64,000 nt of DNA from an uncultured Planctomycetaceae bacterium (GCA_963833985.1 CAWIAD010000001.1:640001-704000), one strand, 5' to 3'; shown: positions 22,812-34,270, counted from the stretch's first letter. The notes: generated by a model not told the origin, from the sequence alone. A program made the numbers and translations.

Positions 22812-23741
22812 TCAGTCCTGGACATCGCGGGCGAGTGCGGCGATCCGGGCCAGCAGCGCTCGCTGCCACTGTCGCGCCTGGGCGTCGAGCCTCCTGGCCT
22901 GGTCAAGGTCCACAAGGGCGAACTCGATGGAGTCGCCGGGTCGAAGCTGGCCAAGGCGGTCGAGATCTGCCGAGATCAGGTGTGCCACGTGGGGGTATCC
23001 TCCCATGGTGCCGCATGCCACGCCGAGGATGATGATCTGCCCGCCGGCAACCTGGATAGCGCCCGGGGCCACGGGAGCCGACAGCCGATCCGGATGACCG
23101 GCAAGATCCAGCGGCGGCCCTTCCAGGCGCAGGCCCATGCGGTTACTGCGGGACCCGACGCGAAACCGACCACGGGACCAGGCGTCCTCTCTCTTCATGG
23201 CGGTGTGCTCCGGCCCGGCAATGACGCGCAACGGAAAGCGGGCTGGCTGCCTCCATGCGACCTCACCGGGGTGTCGGGTGGCCAGGGTCGATGCCGGGGC
23301 AGGGAGGAAATCGCCGCGATTGATCGGCTGCTCGCTCGATCGGCTGCCCATTTTCAAGGGGGTCCGGAAACCTCCGTGGACTGCCAGATAGGTTCGCGCG
23401 CCGTCGATCGCCTGGCCCAGCACCAGGCGGTCGCCTGGCTGGAGCGTGGTGCTCGAGGGCACCCGCAGTCGCCGCAGGCTGCCCGAGACTGCGCACACGG
23501 ACGATTCCATGGGGGCTCCGGCGAGTGCCACCCCCACGCTCCCGAGAGCCTCGTAGACCCCGCCCCGCAGGCTCATCTCCAGCACGGCGCAGTCCAGTGG
23601 GTTGCCAGCCAGGGCGTTCCCCAAATCGGCCGCGCCGTGGTCGAATGCGCCGCCGGTCGGTACTCCCCATTCGCGAAAGCCGGTCCTCCCGCTGTCCTGC
23701 ACGGTGGTCCAGAATCCCGAGTCGATCACCATCAGTCCCAT
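22812..23741 (-). CDS. pxpC: 5-oxoprolinase subunit C (KipA/AHS2 family)
   Basis: TTVQDSGRTG, GVPTGGAFD, GARTYLAVHGG, SNRMGLRL, GAIQV, TMGGYP. Confidence 0.9.
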   Translation of the reverse strand: MGLMVIDSGFWTTVQDSGRTGFREWGVPTGGAFDHGAADLGNALAGNPLDCAVLEMSLRGGVYEALGSVGVALAGAPMESSVCAVSGSLRRLRVPSSTTLQPGDRLVLGQAIDGARTYLAVHGGFRTPLKMGSRSSEQPINRGDFLPAPASTLATRHPGEVAWRQPARFPLRVIAGPEHTAMKREDAWSRGRFRVGSRSNRMGLRLEGPPLDLAGHPDRLSAPVAPGAIQVAGGQIIILGVACGTMGGYPHVAHLISADLDRLGQLRPGDSIEFALVDLDQARRLDAQARQWQRALLARIAALARDVQD

Positions 23742-23753
23742 GTGCGTTTGCCG

Positions 23754-24494
23754 TCAATCCAGGAACGTGCGGATGGCGATTCCCGCGCGATCGAGCGCCT
23801 GGCGGATTCGATCCGCATTCGCCACCGCCGCCGGCTCATCGCCATGAATGCAGAGAGTGGCGACGCGCTTATCGGCCACCAGGCGGACGACCTGTTGCTC
23901 GATCTCGGCCGGATCGTGCAGCACGGCCCCCGGCTCGGTGCGCGGAACCAGGGCGCCGCGGGCATCATAGCGGCGGTCGGGAAATCCTTCAGCCACAAAA
24001 CGGAGGCGATCAGCCCTGGCCAGCCCCTCCAGCAGCGTGTCCGGCTGACCAAGGAGCGGCAGGTGAAGCTGCCGCGCGGCCGCGATCACGCCCCTGGCCA
24101 CCGGCTCCTCGTGCTGTGCCTGGTTGTAAAGCGCGCCGTGGGGCTTGAGGAAACGGACCGAGAGGCCCGCCGCGCGCGCGAGTGTTTGAAGCGCCCCGAC
24201 CTGCTCCAGGATCAGTCGCGTCACTTCGGCCGCACCGATCCGCTGCGCACGGCGACCGAAGTTCGGCCGGTCGGCATAGCCGGGATGTGCGCCGACGGCC
24301 ACGCCGAGTTCCAGCGCCCAGAGCAGAGTCTGGCGAATGCTTGCAGGGTCGCCGGCATGGGCGCCGCAGCCGATGCTGGCCGAGGAAACGCGTTCCAGCA
24401 GCGGTCGGTCGTTGCCGCAGCCCTCGCCCAGATCGGCGTTCAGGTCGATGGTCCCGGTGGAGTGTTCAGCCTGAGGGTTGCAGCGATTCGTCAC
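23754..24494 (-). CDS. pxpA: 5-oxoprolinase subunit A (LamB/YcsF)
   Basis: IDLNADLGEG, CGAHAGD, GAHPGY, KPHGALYN, TLCIHGD; start approximate. Confidence 0.92.
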   Translation of the reverse strand: MTNRCNPQAEHSTGTIDLNADLGEGCGNDRPLLERVSSASIGCGAHAGDPASIRQTLLWALELGVAVGAHPGYADRPNFGRRAQRIGAAEVTRLILEQVGALQTLARAAGLSVRFLKPHGALYNQAQHEEPVARGVIAAARQLHLPLLGQPDTLLEGLARADRLRFVAEGFPDRRYDARGALVPRTEPGAVLHDPAEIEQQVVRLVADKRVATLCIHGDEPAAVANADRIRQALDRAGIAIRTFLD

Positions 24495-25128
24495 GCCGGG
24501 CCTCGAATTCCTTGTGGTCGATGGGATGGAACCGGATGCGATCCCCGGCCCGGATCGGAAAGACTCCGCGCTCCTGATCGGCAATCCTCACCGGCGTACG
24601 GCCCAGCAGATGCCAGCCTCCCGGCGACTCGCGGGGATAGACGCCGGTCTGGCGTCCAGCAATGGCCACCGCGCCGGCGGGTACCCGCAGCCTGGGCTCG
24701 TCGCGCCTGGGAAGTCCGCACAGCTCCCTGGGCAGGTAGCCGGCGTACGGAAAGCCCTGGACAAAGCCAATGGCAAACACATCATAGACGGCGTCCGCAT
24801 GCCTGGCGATCACCGCCTTCGGTTCCAGACATAACTTTGCCGCCACCAGCTCCAGGTCGGGGCCGTCGTACAGCACGGGAATGTCGATGAGCCGGCCCGG
24901 CGGAAGCGCTTCCGCTCCCGGCTCCAGTCGACCCAGCCGCGCTTCGAGAGCCTCCAGGTCTACCAGGTCTGGATCGGCGAAGACCGCGGCCGACCGATAC
25001 GCTAGCACCACATCGGTCACCCCTGCGAGCATCACGGCGCGAACGGCCGCGGCCCAGCGGGCAGCCTCGCGCTCACTGGCGAACTGTGCCAGGAACGCCC
25101 GATCACCCAACGGCTTCAGATCTGCCAT
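24466..25128 (-). CDS. pxpB: 5-oxoprolinase subunit B (KipI/AHS1 family)
   Basis: PLGDRA, IPVLYDGPDL, GFVQGFPY, GVYPRESPGGWHLLGRT. Confidence 0.9.
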   Translation of the reverse strand: MADLKPLGDRAFLAQFASEREAARWAAAVRAVMLAGVTDVVLAYRSAAVFADPDLVDLEALEARLGRLEPGAEALPPGRLIDIPVLYDGPDLELVAAKLCLEPKAVIARHADAVYDVFAIGFVQGFPYAGYLPRELCGLPRRDEPRLRVPAGAVAIAGRQTGVYPRESPGGWHLLGRTPVRIADQERGVFPIRAGDRIRFHPIDHKEFEARRDESLQPSG

Positions 25129-25242
25129 GACACCTCAGCCCTTGCAACCGGAATCTGGCGGGGTTCCCTCCCGCCTCGCGACCGCTAGAATCACCTGGGA
25201 CCTGTACTCTGAGTCTATCGCGTAGGGATCACGGGGGTCATC

Positions 25243-26690
25243 ATGATCCTGGGCACTGTGCTTCTCGCCGGCTCGCTGCTGGCCCTCCAGCCCCCCTCGC
25301 ACATGAGCAAGCCTGGTTCCCGGGCCGAGCGCAAGTCGGCCCCGGCCAAGCTCGAGCGCAAGCCGGCCCCGGAAGCCTGCGAACGCGTCACGCTACGCGA
25401 TGGCTCGGTGGTGCTGGGACTGGTCACCGGCGTCAGCACCGGCCCGCGCGGGGCTGTCGAACTGGTGGTGCGGAGAGATTGGGCGGAAAGTCACCTGAAG
25501 CGCTGGGCCGGCAAGTGGGACGTTTCCATCGAACCTGGCGAACGACTGGCCAGACGGCAGCGACGCGAGCGGCTGGCCGCCTGGAGAGCCGAGCGCGCCG
25601 CCAGTGCTCCCAACGGCGACCGCATCGTCGTCTGGATCGATCAGGAGCTGAAGCGTCTCGAGCAGCCTGCCGCGGGCACGCGCTCGTTCCTTTTACCGGC
25701 GCGTCTGGCCCGAACGGACGTTCGCAGCATCGTCCGCCAGCCGGCGGCGAATACCCGGCTGCTCCAGCTTGGCTGGCTCTGCGGGCTGCCCGACGCTGAG
25801 TCCATGCCACTGGAGGATCTCAAGGACGCACTCGAAAACCGCGGCTTCGTGACCAGCGGCGGCCAGACGCCCTCGCTGGCCGGACTCTTGCCAGCGCTTC
25901 CCGAGCCGGAGCTCGCCTGGCTGGCCCGGGCGCCGCGACCGAGCTGGCCGTCGATCCGGACCTCCGGTTCATCCGCTTCCAGGATATGGTCCTGCCCGAT
26001 GTCAAACCGGGACAGGGCCCGGCCAGCGTGGACCTCTCATCGGCGATCGCCCAGATAACCAGCCTGCTGGATCCTGAGCAGAAGCGGAACGATCCGCTCG
26101 CCGGAGAACTCAAGAAGATTGCCAGTCGAAGCCGGGTTGGAGCCGCCGTGACCCGCCTGGAACTGGCCCCCGATATGAGCCAGGTGAGCGTCGAGGCCAC
26201 CTTCTGGGTCCGCGCCGGGGCCGATCGCTGGGTGCCCTTCAGCACGCGCACCGCGACAGTACGTCCCGATGATGTCCCCGCGAATGCCGGCGCGAACATC
26301 GCGGCCGATCCCCAGGTGCAATCCGCCTTCTCGCTTGTGCAGGCGCTCGGGCTCGGACACCTCGCGCCCGAGCTCAAGGAGCGGAGCCTGAAGATGGGTG
26401 CGGCGACACAGCAAGCTCTGGGCACGGCGCGAGGCGCGCTCAGCCAGGACCTGAACCTGCTGATGCTGCCTGTTTTCGATGCAGCGACGGACGCTCCTGC
26501 GCCGGGCAGCACCCTGGAAGACCTTGAACGGTCAATAGGTCGTAAGGGACCAGCGAGCAGAAGGGCCGGGACGCCGCGTCACGGTCAAGCGTCCACGGCT
26601 TGTGACGGCCACGTAGAGATCGACACCACGCGGTGCTTCTCTACCGCTCAACTCGCTCGTCAGTCGCTCGATCGTGCAAGGGTGAGGTAA
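25243..26690 (+). CDS. Hypothetical exported protein (frameshift near 25930; 3' end uncertain)
   Basis: Signal-peptide-like start MILGTVLLAGSLLA; coding-like sequence continues in ORF 25986-26690. Confidence 0.5.
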
Positions 26691-27930
26691 GAACTGTAAA
26701 TAATAACGAGCCACAATGATTTCTAGATTCACATTGCTGTCCAGCGAGGCGACGAGAACCTGGAACTGCTCTCCGTGGGACACGGCCATGCGTGCCGGCA
26801 GAGAGCTTGAGAAGCCTTTCCAGTTGGCTCTTGGCCGCGGAATGAGAACCGTGTTGCGGAACTCCAGGCCGATCAGCATCGCCAGCGCAATGACCGCAGC
26901 CGACCGCGTGAAAATGGGCAGCTTTGCCAGCCCCTGCGCAACCAGAATCAAGTAAGCCGGCGCGACGAAAAGCGTGTACCGGGACGGCCCAAAAACCGGT
27001 ACGCCGCAGCAGGAGTATGCGTAGAGCAAGACCGGAGGAACAACCAGCCAGAGGATCAGGCAGGTCGGTCCCGACCAGTCGAAGTCTGACGGTTGCTCGC
27101 GCTGACGACGCGCCAGGCCAAATCCAATCAGCGCAAGGAGCAGGAACAGAGCAGCAAAGTTACCGCCCACGAAGCCGATCGGCGTCCCGAGCAGAAACTT
27201 GATGGGAAGCTGGCCCGAGAGGAATTCGGGATCATGATCCAGATAGTGCCGCATCCAGGGCGTGATCAGCAAACCAGCCGCCCAGTGAACTGCCAGCCAG
27301 ACCCGGAGTCGGCCGAAAAACCTGATGGCGAAAAGCAACGAGCCGAGCGCCAGCGTGCCGGCCATGAGCAGCCCAAGTGGATGGCAGTAGCAGAGTGCGG
27401 CCAGGCCCGCGGCATACACAACAAGCCGGGTACGCGAGCGCCGTTCGCGGAGCGAGAAGAGCCATCCCCAGCAGAAACAGGTAAGCATCGTCAGGAGCGC
27501 ATACATCCTCGCCTCGCGCGAGTAGTAAACCAGCGGCGCGGACACTGCCGCCAGCAGGGCCGACCAGAGACCGGTCGACGCGTCGAAAACCAGCCGGCCG
27601 ATCCAGTAGACCAGTCCCACCGTCAACAGGCCGCAGATCACGCTGAATGACCGCGCCGCGACTTCGGAATGGCCCAGCAGCCTTATCCAGGGCATCAGCA
27701 GCAAGGGATGCAGCGGCGCCCGCGTGGCGTCGGTCTGGAAGAGGCGCTTCGAGAAGGGCCGCGGGCGATGCGGCCCGGGCCAGGTTCATGGTGACGACCT
27801 CGTCATACCAGAAGCAGAGCTCCCCGAGCTTCCAGCAGCGCAATCCCGCGGCCAGGCTCAGAACGAGTGCCAGGACAATCGCCGTGAATCGTCTGCCTTG
27901 CAGGCCAATCATGCCCTGCTTATACAGCAT
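26532..27930 (-). CDS. GT-C (GT39/PMT-like) membrane glycosyltransferase (frameshift near 27745)
   Basis: LR...FWYDE, LHPLLL, EVAARSFS, YYSREARMYALL, many TM helices. Confidence 0.8.
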
Positions 27931-28286
27931 CACGAGCCGTCTCGTCGACGGTTGCCAGCACCAGCAACCCGGCGCCAGAGGGCTGCTTCGCCCTGGCTGG
28001 CACTCGAGCAAAACCCCATCGGCTCAGCGGTGAGCCGGTTGCCGATGGGGACGGGGCATCCTGCATCCCTGTCGGATGCCCCTCTTTTCCCTTCAGTCCC
28101 CATGGACCTGGCCGGGGATCGAGCACGACCCCTTCCGTCCCCGTAAGTCCGAAGCCTATAGTACACATCGGCGAGGCGCGGGAACGTGAATGGCAGTCAC
28201 TTTCCAGACGGCAAGCCCGCGTATTGTGGCTACATCAAGATTCAAGGCGGCGCTTTGCCCGGCACCAGGTCGGAGGGGAGCCGGCG

Positions 28287-29001
28287 ATGGGGTCGTTTGG
28301 CGAGAACAACGGATTTGGGATCGCGAAATCCATGGCGGGTCAGCCGGGTCGCGACGAGGCCTTCGAGCGAGTCGCAAGAGAGTTTCTAAAGAAGTTCGGG
28401 CTCGATCACGATGACGAATTCGCCACCGTGATCGCCCGCCGCTTCAAGGAAGCCCCCGCGAAGGTCTGCTGCAAGGCGATCGGCAAGTGGATCGACAAGA
28501 AGCTCGTGCACGCGGACTGGACCCAGAACGACCTGGCCGACCGCATTGGAGTGGACCGCTCCAGCGTGGCCAAGTGGACCGCCGGGGGTGCCATCTCGCT
28601 GGCCCACCTGGTGCTGGTTCTACTGGAGTTCCAGAGTGATTTCGTTGACCTCCCGCTGCCGGCGCGGCAAGAGCTGGCGCTGGAGGGCTACCTTGCGGCA
28701 CTCACCCAGGTACGGGCCAGGATCGAGCCCGCGGCGCGTTACGAGCCCATGGACCGCGAACGCTTCTGGTGCCTCTTCCACCTGTTCTCCGAGCCCTTCT
28801 GGGAACAGGCAATCCGCCGAAAGGACTGCGCAGTTGCTGCGGGCCGAGATGGATCGCATCCTTCGCCGCACCGGTGAATCACTCGGCTTTCCGCCCCGCC
28901 GGGTCGTCCAGATCCAGGACCTGACGCGCCTGGTCCAGGAATGGGCGGCCCCGTGGGTCATCTGCCTGGAGCTCCTTCCCGGAGGCTGGTCGATCCGATG
29001 A
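28287..29001 (+). CDS. XRE-family HTH protein (frameshift near 28830)
   Basis: WTQNDLADRIGVDRSSVAKW HTH; C-terminus in ORF 28546-29001. Confidence 0.7.
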
Positions 29002-30110
29002 CGACAAAACTGGATCTCCTGGTGGGATATCTCTCCGGCCGGCAAGGAAAAGCGATCGAGTCGATCCGCCGGGAGCTCGACGACCCTTCCAGCGAGTCGA
29101 GCCGCTGGCTCCTTGCCATGGGGAGACGTTCACGCGAGATCGTGCCCTCGGCCGCGCACGCGGTCGACCCGCCAGTCGCTCCGGCCACGACCACCGCCGC
29201 CATCAGCAAGCCGCGGGCCTGGAAGCGGCTGCTCCTGATCGCCTCCGGTGTGGCCGCCAGCGCGCTGCTCGTGCTGGCTGCCGGGCTGGCCTGGTCCGAA
29301 CACCACGCGCGGTTGCACCGCCTGGAATCGTTGCTCGCCAGCCGCGAGGTGCGCTGGGCCAGGCGATTCGACCGCCTGGACGAGGTCCTCTCCCATCGGC
29401 CGGAAGCCCCGCCGGCAGCGGCGCCCGCCAAGGCGGCCAGGAACGCCGCCCCGCCAGCGCCGGCGACACCGGCGCGGCCGCAGGCCAGGCCCCAGTCCAC
29501 GTTCGATTCCCCCACCATCCTGGCGCTGGCGGCCATCGAGACAAAACTCGGGGAGCTTCAGGAGCGCCTCGGCCAGGCGCCGGTGAGCCCGCAACAGAGC
29601 GATCCGGCCATGGACGATCTGCGCAGGGACGTCGCGCAGCTCCGAAGGGAACTGGAGAGCAGCTTGCAGGTCAGCCGGCAGGAGAACCGCCAGCTTGGCA
29701 TGGCCATCCAGGAGATGGGTCAGTTCCTGAGAGGACTGGCGATGCGCCTCTGGGGGCAAGGGCAGGGGCAGGGGCAGGGGCAGGTGCCGGTGCCGGTTCC
29801 CATGCCTCAGGTCTTTCCCCAGCACCACCGGCCCGGCGGTCAAGCAGGGGCCGCGCTGGTGCCCGGATTGCAGTTTCCGAACCAGCTTCCCGTGCCCGAG
29901 CAAAACGTCCCGAGAGCCGATGCCGGCCAGTTCGGCCAGCAACCCGTCACCCCGGGAACAGGCGGACCCGGTTTCAGCCCCCGGATGCTCAGGCCCGTGC
30001 TCCGGGCTGACCGTGGGCGAAGTTCGGCCAGGGCGCTCAGGGCGCTCGTTCACCACTGTCCGCGTCGTGCGCCTGGCGTTTCCGCAGTCCCGGGTTTGGC
30101 GTCTGCCTGA
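28998..30110 (+). CDS. Single-TM coiled-coil hypothetical protein
   Basis: ATGA-coupled to the XRE gene; TM LLLIASGVAASALLVLAAGLAW; coiled coil and Gln/Pro-rich tail; 3' end uncertain. Confidence 0.6.
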   Translation: MTTKLDLLVGYLSGRQGKAIESIRRELDDPSSESSRWLLAMGRRSREIVPSAAHAVDPPVAPATTTAAISKPRAWKRLLLIASGVAASALLVLAAGLAWSEHHARLHRLESLLASREVRWARRFDRLDEVLSHRPEAPPAAAPAKAARNAAPPAPATPARPQARPQSTFDSPTILALAAIETKLGELQERLGQAPVSPQQSDPAMDDLRRDVAQLRRELESSLQVSRQENRQLGMAIQEMGQFLRGLAMRLWGQGQGQGQGQVPVPVPMPQVFPQHHRPGGQAGAALVPGLQFPNQLPVPEQNVPRADAGQFGQQPVTPGTGGPGFSPRMLRPVLRADRGRSSARALRALVHHCPRRAPGVSAVPGLASA

Positions 30111-31404
30111 GCTCGAGATAATCGAGCAGGTCGTTCTTGAGGTCTCCGTGCGAATCGAAAGCCCGGATCCTGGGCTGAATGGCCCGGTGCCAGAGCACCT
30201 CGGCGCCCTCGCCGTACAGGAAGCAGCCGCCCAGAATCAGGGGGACCAGCCAGCCAGTCCGCCGGCCGGCGGCGGCTATGCCCTCGGCCAGCAACATCAG
30301 GTACGCCGGCACCAGAACCATGAGCAGACGTCCGTGGAACGGGTAGAGATGCAGTCCGGAAGCCGCCAGGGCGATGACCAGCGGCGCGATCAGCAGCCAG
30401 AGGCCGCCCGGCCAGCGTCTGCCCAGCGACACACAGCCGATCAGGGCCAGCAGCGACGCCAGAAGCGCCGTGTAGGGCAGTGCCAGCGGCGCGAGGATGC
30501 TCGCGGGGTTGATGAAGACATTGGCGATCGATTCCGCCACCAGCGACAGCTCCGCGTAGGAACGGGGAGGTAACGGCAGAAATGCGAAGTTCCACCAGAC
30601 CCAGAGAAAGTTGCGCCGGCTCATGATGGAGCGCGACAGCAAGAAGCAGCCCATGAAACTGATCAGCCACGCCAGGCTCATCCCGGCGGCCAGCGCGGCC
30701 GGGCGCCACTGCCTTTCCCTGGCTGCGGTGACGATGCGCAGCAGGCCCACCCCGGCCAGGACATACGCCACCGTGAACGAGAACCAGGGAGCCGCCAGGC
30801 CGAAGCCCGCCAGCAGCGCATCGTGCCCGCGCCCTGGCTTCCCGGCGGGCCGGGTTGCGGCCAGCACCAGCGCGGCGATGGCCAGCACCAGGTCGCAGGA
30901 ATACTGCTTGATCTCGGCGGAGTAGTAGAGCAGGTGATCACCAAGCGCGAACAGGGCCACGGCCCAGGGCACGGCGCGGCGGTCGAGGTAGCGCCAGGCC
31001 GCGGTGCGCATCAGGAAGACCGAGGCCACGCCGCAGACCAGGGGAAAGAACCGGGCTGTCAGCTTGACGTCCAGCGGAACGCACACGAGCAGGCGCTCGA
31101 TGGCCAGAAAACCCGGCGGAGCCATCTGGTCGCCCTGGAGAATCTCGTGAAAATCGAGGACCCCCAGGCCGACGATGTTGTTCAGCAGCGCGGTCTCATC
31201 GATGTAGAGCGGGCGCCGATCCAGATACTCCCAGACTCGCAGGACCACTCCGAGTCCCACCGCCAGCCACGCGAGGTTTTCACAGGTCAGCCTCAGCCGG
31301 AAAGGTGTGGCCAGCCATCCCTGCCATCCCCGGGCGGCGGCTTCAGTCCCGCGATTGAGGGCAGAACCGCTGTCTTCCAATGCTGTGTCTCCGTGGCCTT
31401 CCAA
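30037..31404 (-). CDS. GT-C (GT39-like) membrane glycosyltransferase
   Basis: LR...LYIDE, QMAPPGFL, YYSAEIKQYSCD, YPFHGRL, multiple TM helices. Confidence 0.78.
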   Translation of the reverse strand: MEGHGDTALEDSGSALNRGTEAAARGWQGWLATPFRLRLTCENLAWLAVGLGVVLRVWEYLDRRPLYIDETALLNNIVGLGVLDFHEILQGDQMAPPGFLAIERLLVCVPLDVKLTARFFPLVCGVASVFLMRTAAWRYLDRRAVPWAVALFALGDHLLYYSAEIKQYSCDLVLAIAALVLAATRPAGKPGRGHDALLAGFGLAAPWFSFTVAYVLAGVGLLRIVTAARERQWRPAALAAGMSLAWLISFMGCFLLSRSIMSRRNFLWVWWNFAFLPLPPRSYAELSLVAESIANVFINPASILAPLALPYTALLASLLALIGCVSLGRRWPGGLWLLIAPLVIALAASGLHLYPFHGRLLMVLVPAYLMLLAEGIAAAGRRTGWLVPLILGGCFLYGEGAEVLWHRAIQPRIRAFDSHGDLKNDLLDYLELRQTPNPGLRKRQAHDADSGERAP

Positions 31405-31564
31405 CCGGGGGGCAGATCGGTACGGGCCTGCCCCGCGGCGCCGGCGCGGGCAAAGTCGAGGTTGAGCGGGCCTGCTGGTCCGGTTATTTTACAGCATGGA
31501 AGACCCAGGTTGACGAGCCTGCACTGATCGAACCGACGAGCCGACGAGCCGAAAGGGGCCGCTG

Positions 31565-32374
31565 ATGGGCATTTTCTCGGGGAAGAAGGGGATCATCCTG
31601 GGTGTCGCGAACGACTATAGCATTGCCTGGGCCATCACACGCAAGCTCCTGGACGAGGGAGCCGAGCTGGGCTTCACGCACCTGCCCGGCGAGAAGATGG
31701 AGCGACGGGTCCGCAGGCTCGTCGAGCCCATTGGGGCGAAGATGCTGGTCCCTTGCGATGTGCAGAAGGACGAGGACATCATCCGCACGTTCGATACGGC
31801 CGCGGAAACGTTCGGGACGATCGACTTCGTGCTGCACTCGATCGCGTACGCCCCGATCGACGATATCAAGTGCAACTACGTGGATAGCAGCCGCGAGGGT
31901 TTCCGGACGGCCATGGACGTGAGCGTTTACTCGCTGGTGGCCGTGGCCCGGCAGGCCGCCAGGGTCATGACCGAGGGCGGAGCGGTGCTCACGCTCACGT
32001 ACCTGGGCGGCGAGCGCGTGGTGCAGGGCTATAACCTGATGGGCGTGGCCAAGGCTGCGCTTGACGCCTCGGTGAAGTATCTGGCCTACGACCTGGGCCC
32101 GCGCAAGATCCGCGTCAACGCGGTGTCCGCCGGCCCGGTGAAGACGCTCGCGGCCTCCGCCGTGGGCGACCACGACAACCTCGCCGGTCTCTACGTGGCC
32201 GTCTCCCCCCTGGGCCGCAACATCACCCGCGAGGAAGTGGGTGCGTCGGGAATGTTCCTCCTGTCCGACCTGGCCAGCGGCATCACCGGCGAAATCCTTC
32301 ACGTGGATTGCGGCTACAACGTGATGGGCTCTCCGGGCCGGGCCATCGAGGCCCTGAAGGCAGGTACCATCTGA
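31565..32374 (+). CDS. fabI: Enoyl-ACP reductase (NADH)
   Basis: GVANDYSIAWAI, HSIAYAP, YNLMGVAKAAL, RVNAVSAGPVKTLAA. Confidence 0.96.
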   Translation: MGIFSGKKGIILGVANDYSIAWAITRKLLDEGAELGFTHLPGEKMERRVRRLVEPIGAKMLVPCDVQKDEDIIRTFDTAAETFGTIDFVLHSIAYAPIDDIKCNYVDSSREGFRTAMDVSVYSLVAVARQAARVMTEGGAVLTLTYLGGERVVQGYNLMGVAKAALDASVKYLAYDLGPRKIRVNAVSAGPVKTLAASAVGDHDNLAGLYVAVSPLGRNITREEVGASGMFLLSDLASGITGEILHVDCGYNVMGSPGRAIEALKAGTI

Positions 32375-32778
32375 GCGCCGCGGACCGTCAGCCCGAGATC
32401 ATCGACGTGGGGATCGGCCTGATCCGCCGGGGCGACCGGTTTCTGATCCGCCGGCGTCCGGAAGGGACCGTCTACGCCGGCTACTGGGAGTTTCCCGGCG
32501 GCAAGTGTGAGCCCGGCGAGACCCCGGCACTGGCGACGGCGCGCGAGTGCCTCGAAGAGACCGGGCTGGAAGTCCTTGTCGGCAGCCTGCGGCGCGTGGT
32601 GGAACACTCGTATCCCCACGGCCGCGTGCGTCTTTTCTGCTTCGACTGTGTTCCGCGTGACCCGGCCGCCGAGCCTGCCGGGGATGCACCCCTGCGCTGG
32701 GCCCTGGCCAGCGAGCTGCGCGGCCTGAGGTTTCCTGAGGCCAACGAGGTACTGCTGGAAGAGCTGAGCCGATCCTGA
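32371..32778 (+). CDS. mutT: MutT-like Nudix pyrophosphohydrolase
   Basis: Nudix box WEFPGGKCEPGETPALATARECLEETGL; FPEAN; start approximate. Confidence 0.85.
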   Translation: MSAADRQPEIIDVGIGLIRRGDRFLIRRRPEGTVYAGYWEFPGGKCEPGETPALATARECLEETGLEVLVGSLRRVVEHSYPHGRVRLFCFDCVPRDPAAEPAGDAPLRWALASELRGLRFPEANEVLLEELSRS

Positions 32779-32833
32779 GGCGCAATCCTCGGTGCGCGTG
32801 CGCGAGCTTGCCGGTCGCGCACGGCCGCCCTGC

Positions 32834-33445
32834 TCAGACTCGCTCGGGATTGGCCGGGAACTCCGGTGCGCGGTCCACCACGTTGTCGATCAACCCGTAG
32901 TCACGGGCTTCCTCGGGACCCATGAACCGGTCCCGGTCCGTGTCTTCTTGAAGCCGCTCGAGTGTCTGTCCGGTGTGCCGCCGGTAGATCTCGTTGAGCT
33001 GGCGCTTCATCCGGATGAACTCCTCGGCGTGGATGAGGATCTCCGTGGCCGTTCCTTCCATGCCGGCGAGCGGCTGGTGGATCATGATCCGGCTGTGCGG
33101 CAGGGCATTGCGCTTGCCCTTGGCTCCGGCGGCGAGCAGCAGCGAGCCCATGCTGGCGCACTGGCCAATGCAATACGTGGCCACGTCGCAAGGCACCCAT
33201 TGCATCGTGTCGTAGATGGCCATGCCCGCGGTGACGCTGCCGCCGGGGCTGTTCACATACAGGTGAATGTCGGCCTTGGCGTCCTGGTGTGCCAGAACGA
33301 GCATCTGGGCCACGATCAGGTTGGCGACGGTATCGTCGATCGCCGTCCCCAGAATAATGATGCGGTCCTGAAGCAGGCGGGAGTAGATGTCCATCGCCCG
33401 CTCTTCACGGCCGCTCCGCTCAATGACGATCGGAACCAGTGGCAT
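32834..33445 (-). CDS. clpP: ATP-dependent Clp protease proteolytic subunit
   Basis: [30 protein letters not shown]. Confidence 0.96.
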   Translation of the reverse strand: MPLVPIVIERSGREERAMDIYSRLLQDRIIILGTAIDDTVANLIVAQMLVLAHQDAKADIHLYVNSPGGSVTAGMAIYDTMQWVPCDVATYCIGQCASMGSLLLAAGAKGKRNALPHSRIMIHQPLAGMEGTATEILIHAEEFIRMKRQLNEIYRRHTGQTLERLQEDTDRDRFMGPEEARDYGLIDNVVDRAPEFPANPERV

Positions 33446-33598
33446 GAGTGAATAGCCCTTGAATAAAAGCCGGCTGCCCGAGATGTCCCAGAAATGTTTC
33501 GCGAGATGCCGTCCGGCCCCTCCGTGCCAGGCCGCAGTCAGGCCCTTCTGAGGCTTCTGCGCTGGGGGGTCGGGGAATGCGGACGGCGGTCGGCAAGA

Positions 33599-34270
33599 TC
33601 ACTTGACCTCGGTACCGGGTGGCGAGGGCGAGGTGGATACCACGGTGGATCCAGGTCCCTTCTCTCCCGAGGCGATGCGGCCCACAACCTCGTCGACCAG
33701 CCCGTACTCCTTCGCCTGCATGGCCGTCAGATAACGGTCGCGCTCGGTGTCCCTGGCGATCCGCTCGATCGGCTGACTGGTGTGCCGCGCCAGGATCTCG
33801 TTGATGACCAGCCGGCTCTTGACGATCTCTTCCGCCTGGATCTCGATGTCGGAAACCTGTCCGCCCACCTGGCCGTAAGGCTGATGGATCATGATCTTGG
33901 AGTGAGGCAGGGAGAAACGGCGGCCCTTTGAGCCCCCCGCCAGCAGGACCGCCGCGCCGGACGCTGCCAGTCCGATGCAGTAGGTGGCCACGGGACACTC
34001 GATAAACTGCATGGTATCATAGATCGCCAGCGTGCTGCTCACGCTGCCGCCAGGGCTGTTGATGTAAAAGCTGATACCCTGTGTCCGATTCTCATATTGC
34101 AGGTACAAGAACTTCATCACCGCCAGGTTGGCTGCGGCGTCATTGATCACGCCCTCGAGAAAGATGATCCGGTTCTCCAGCAGGAGATCGCCCAGAGTCA
34201 TCTGCCGTTGCCGGGCATAGTCGCGGTAGCGCTGCAAGAACGGGTCCGCGAGAGGGAAGTCAGGAGGCAT
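33599..34270 (-). CDS. clpP: ATP-dependent Clp protease proteolytic subunit (second paralog)
   Basis: LLENRIIFL, YINSPGG, AASG, MIHQP, TERD. Confidence 0.93.
   Translation of the reverse strand: MPPDFPLADPFLQRYRDYARQRQMTLGDLLLENRIIFLEGVINDAAANLAVMKFLYLQYENRTQGISFYINSPGGSVSSTLAIYDTMQFIECPVATYCIGLAASGAAVLLAGGSKGRRFSLPHSKIMIHQPYGQVGGQVSDIEIQAEEIVKSRLVINEILARHTSQPIERIARDTERDRYLTAMQAKEYGLVDEVVGRIASGEKGPGSTVVSTSPSPPGTEVK

Noticed and set aside
22686..24890. 734-aa plus-strand ORF and similar long antisense ORFs
   Set aside because: Shadow ORFs opposite well-supported genes (here pxpBAC), expected at high GC.
29752..29800. GGGCAG hexamer run
   Set aside because: Short in-frame GQGQGQ low-complexity coding tract with no sign of phase variation.
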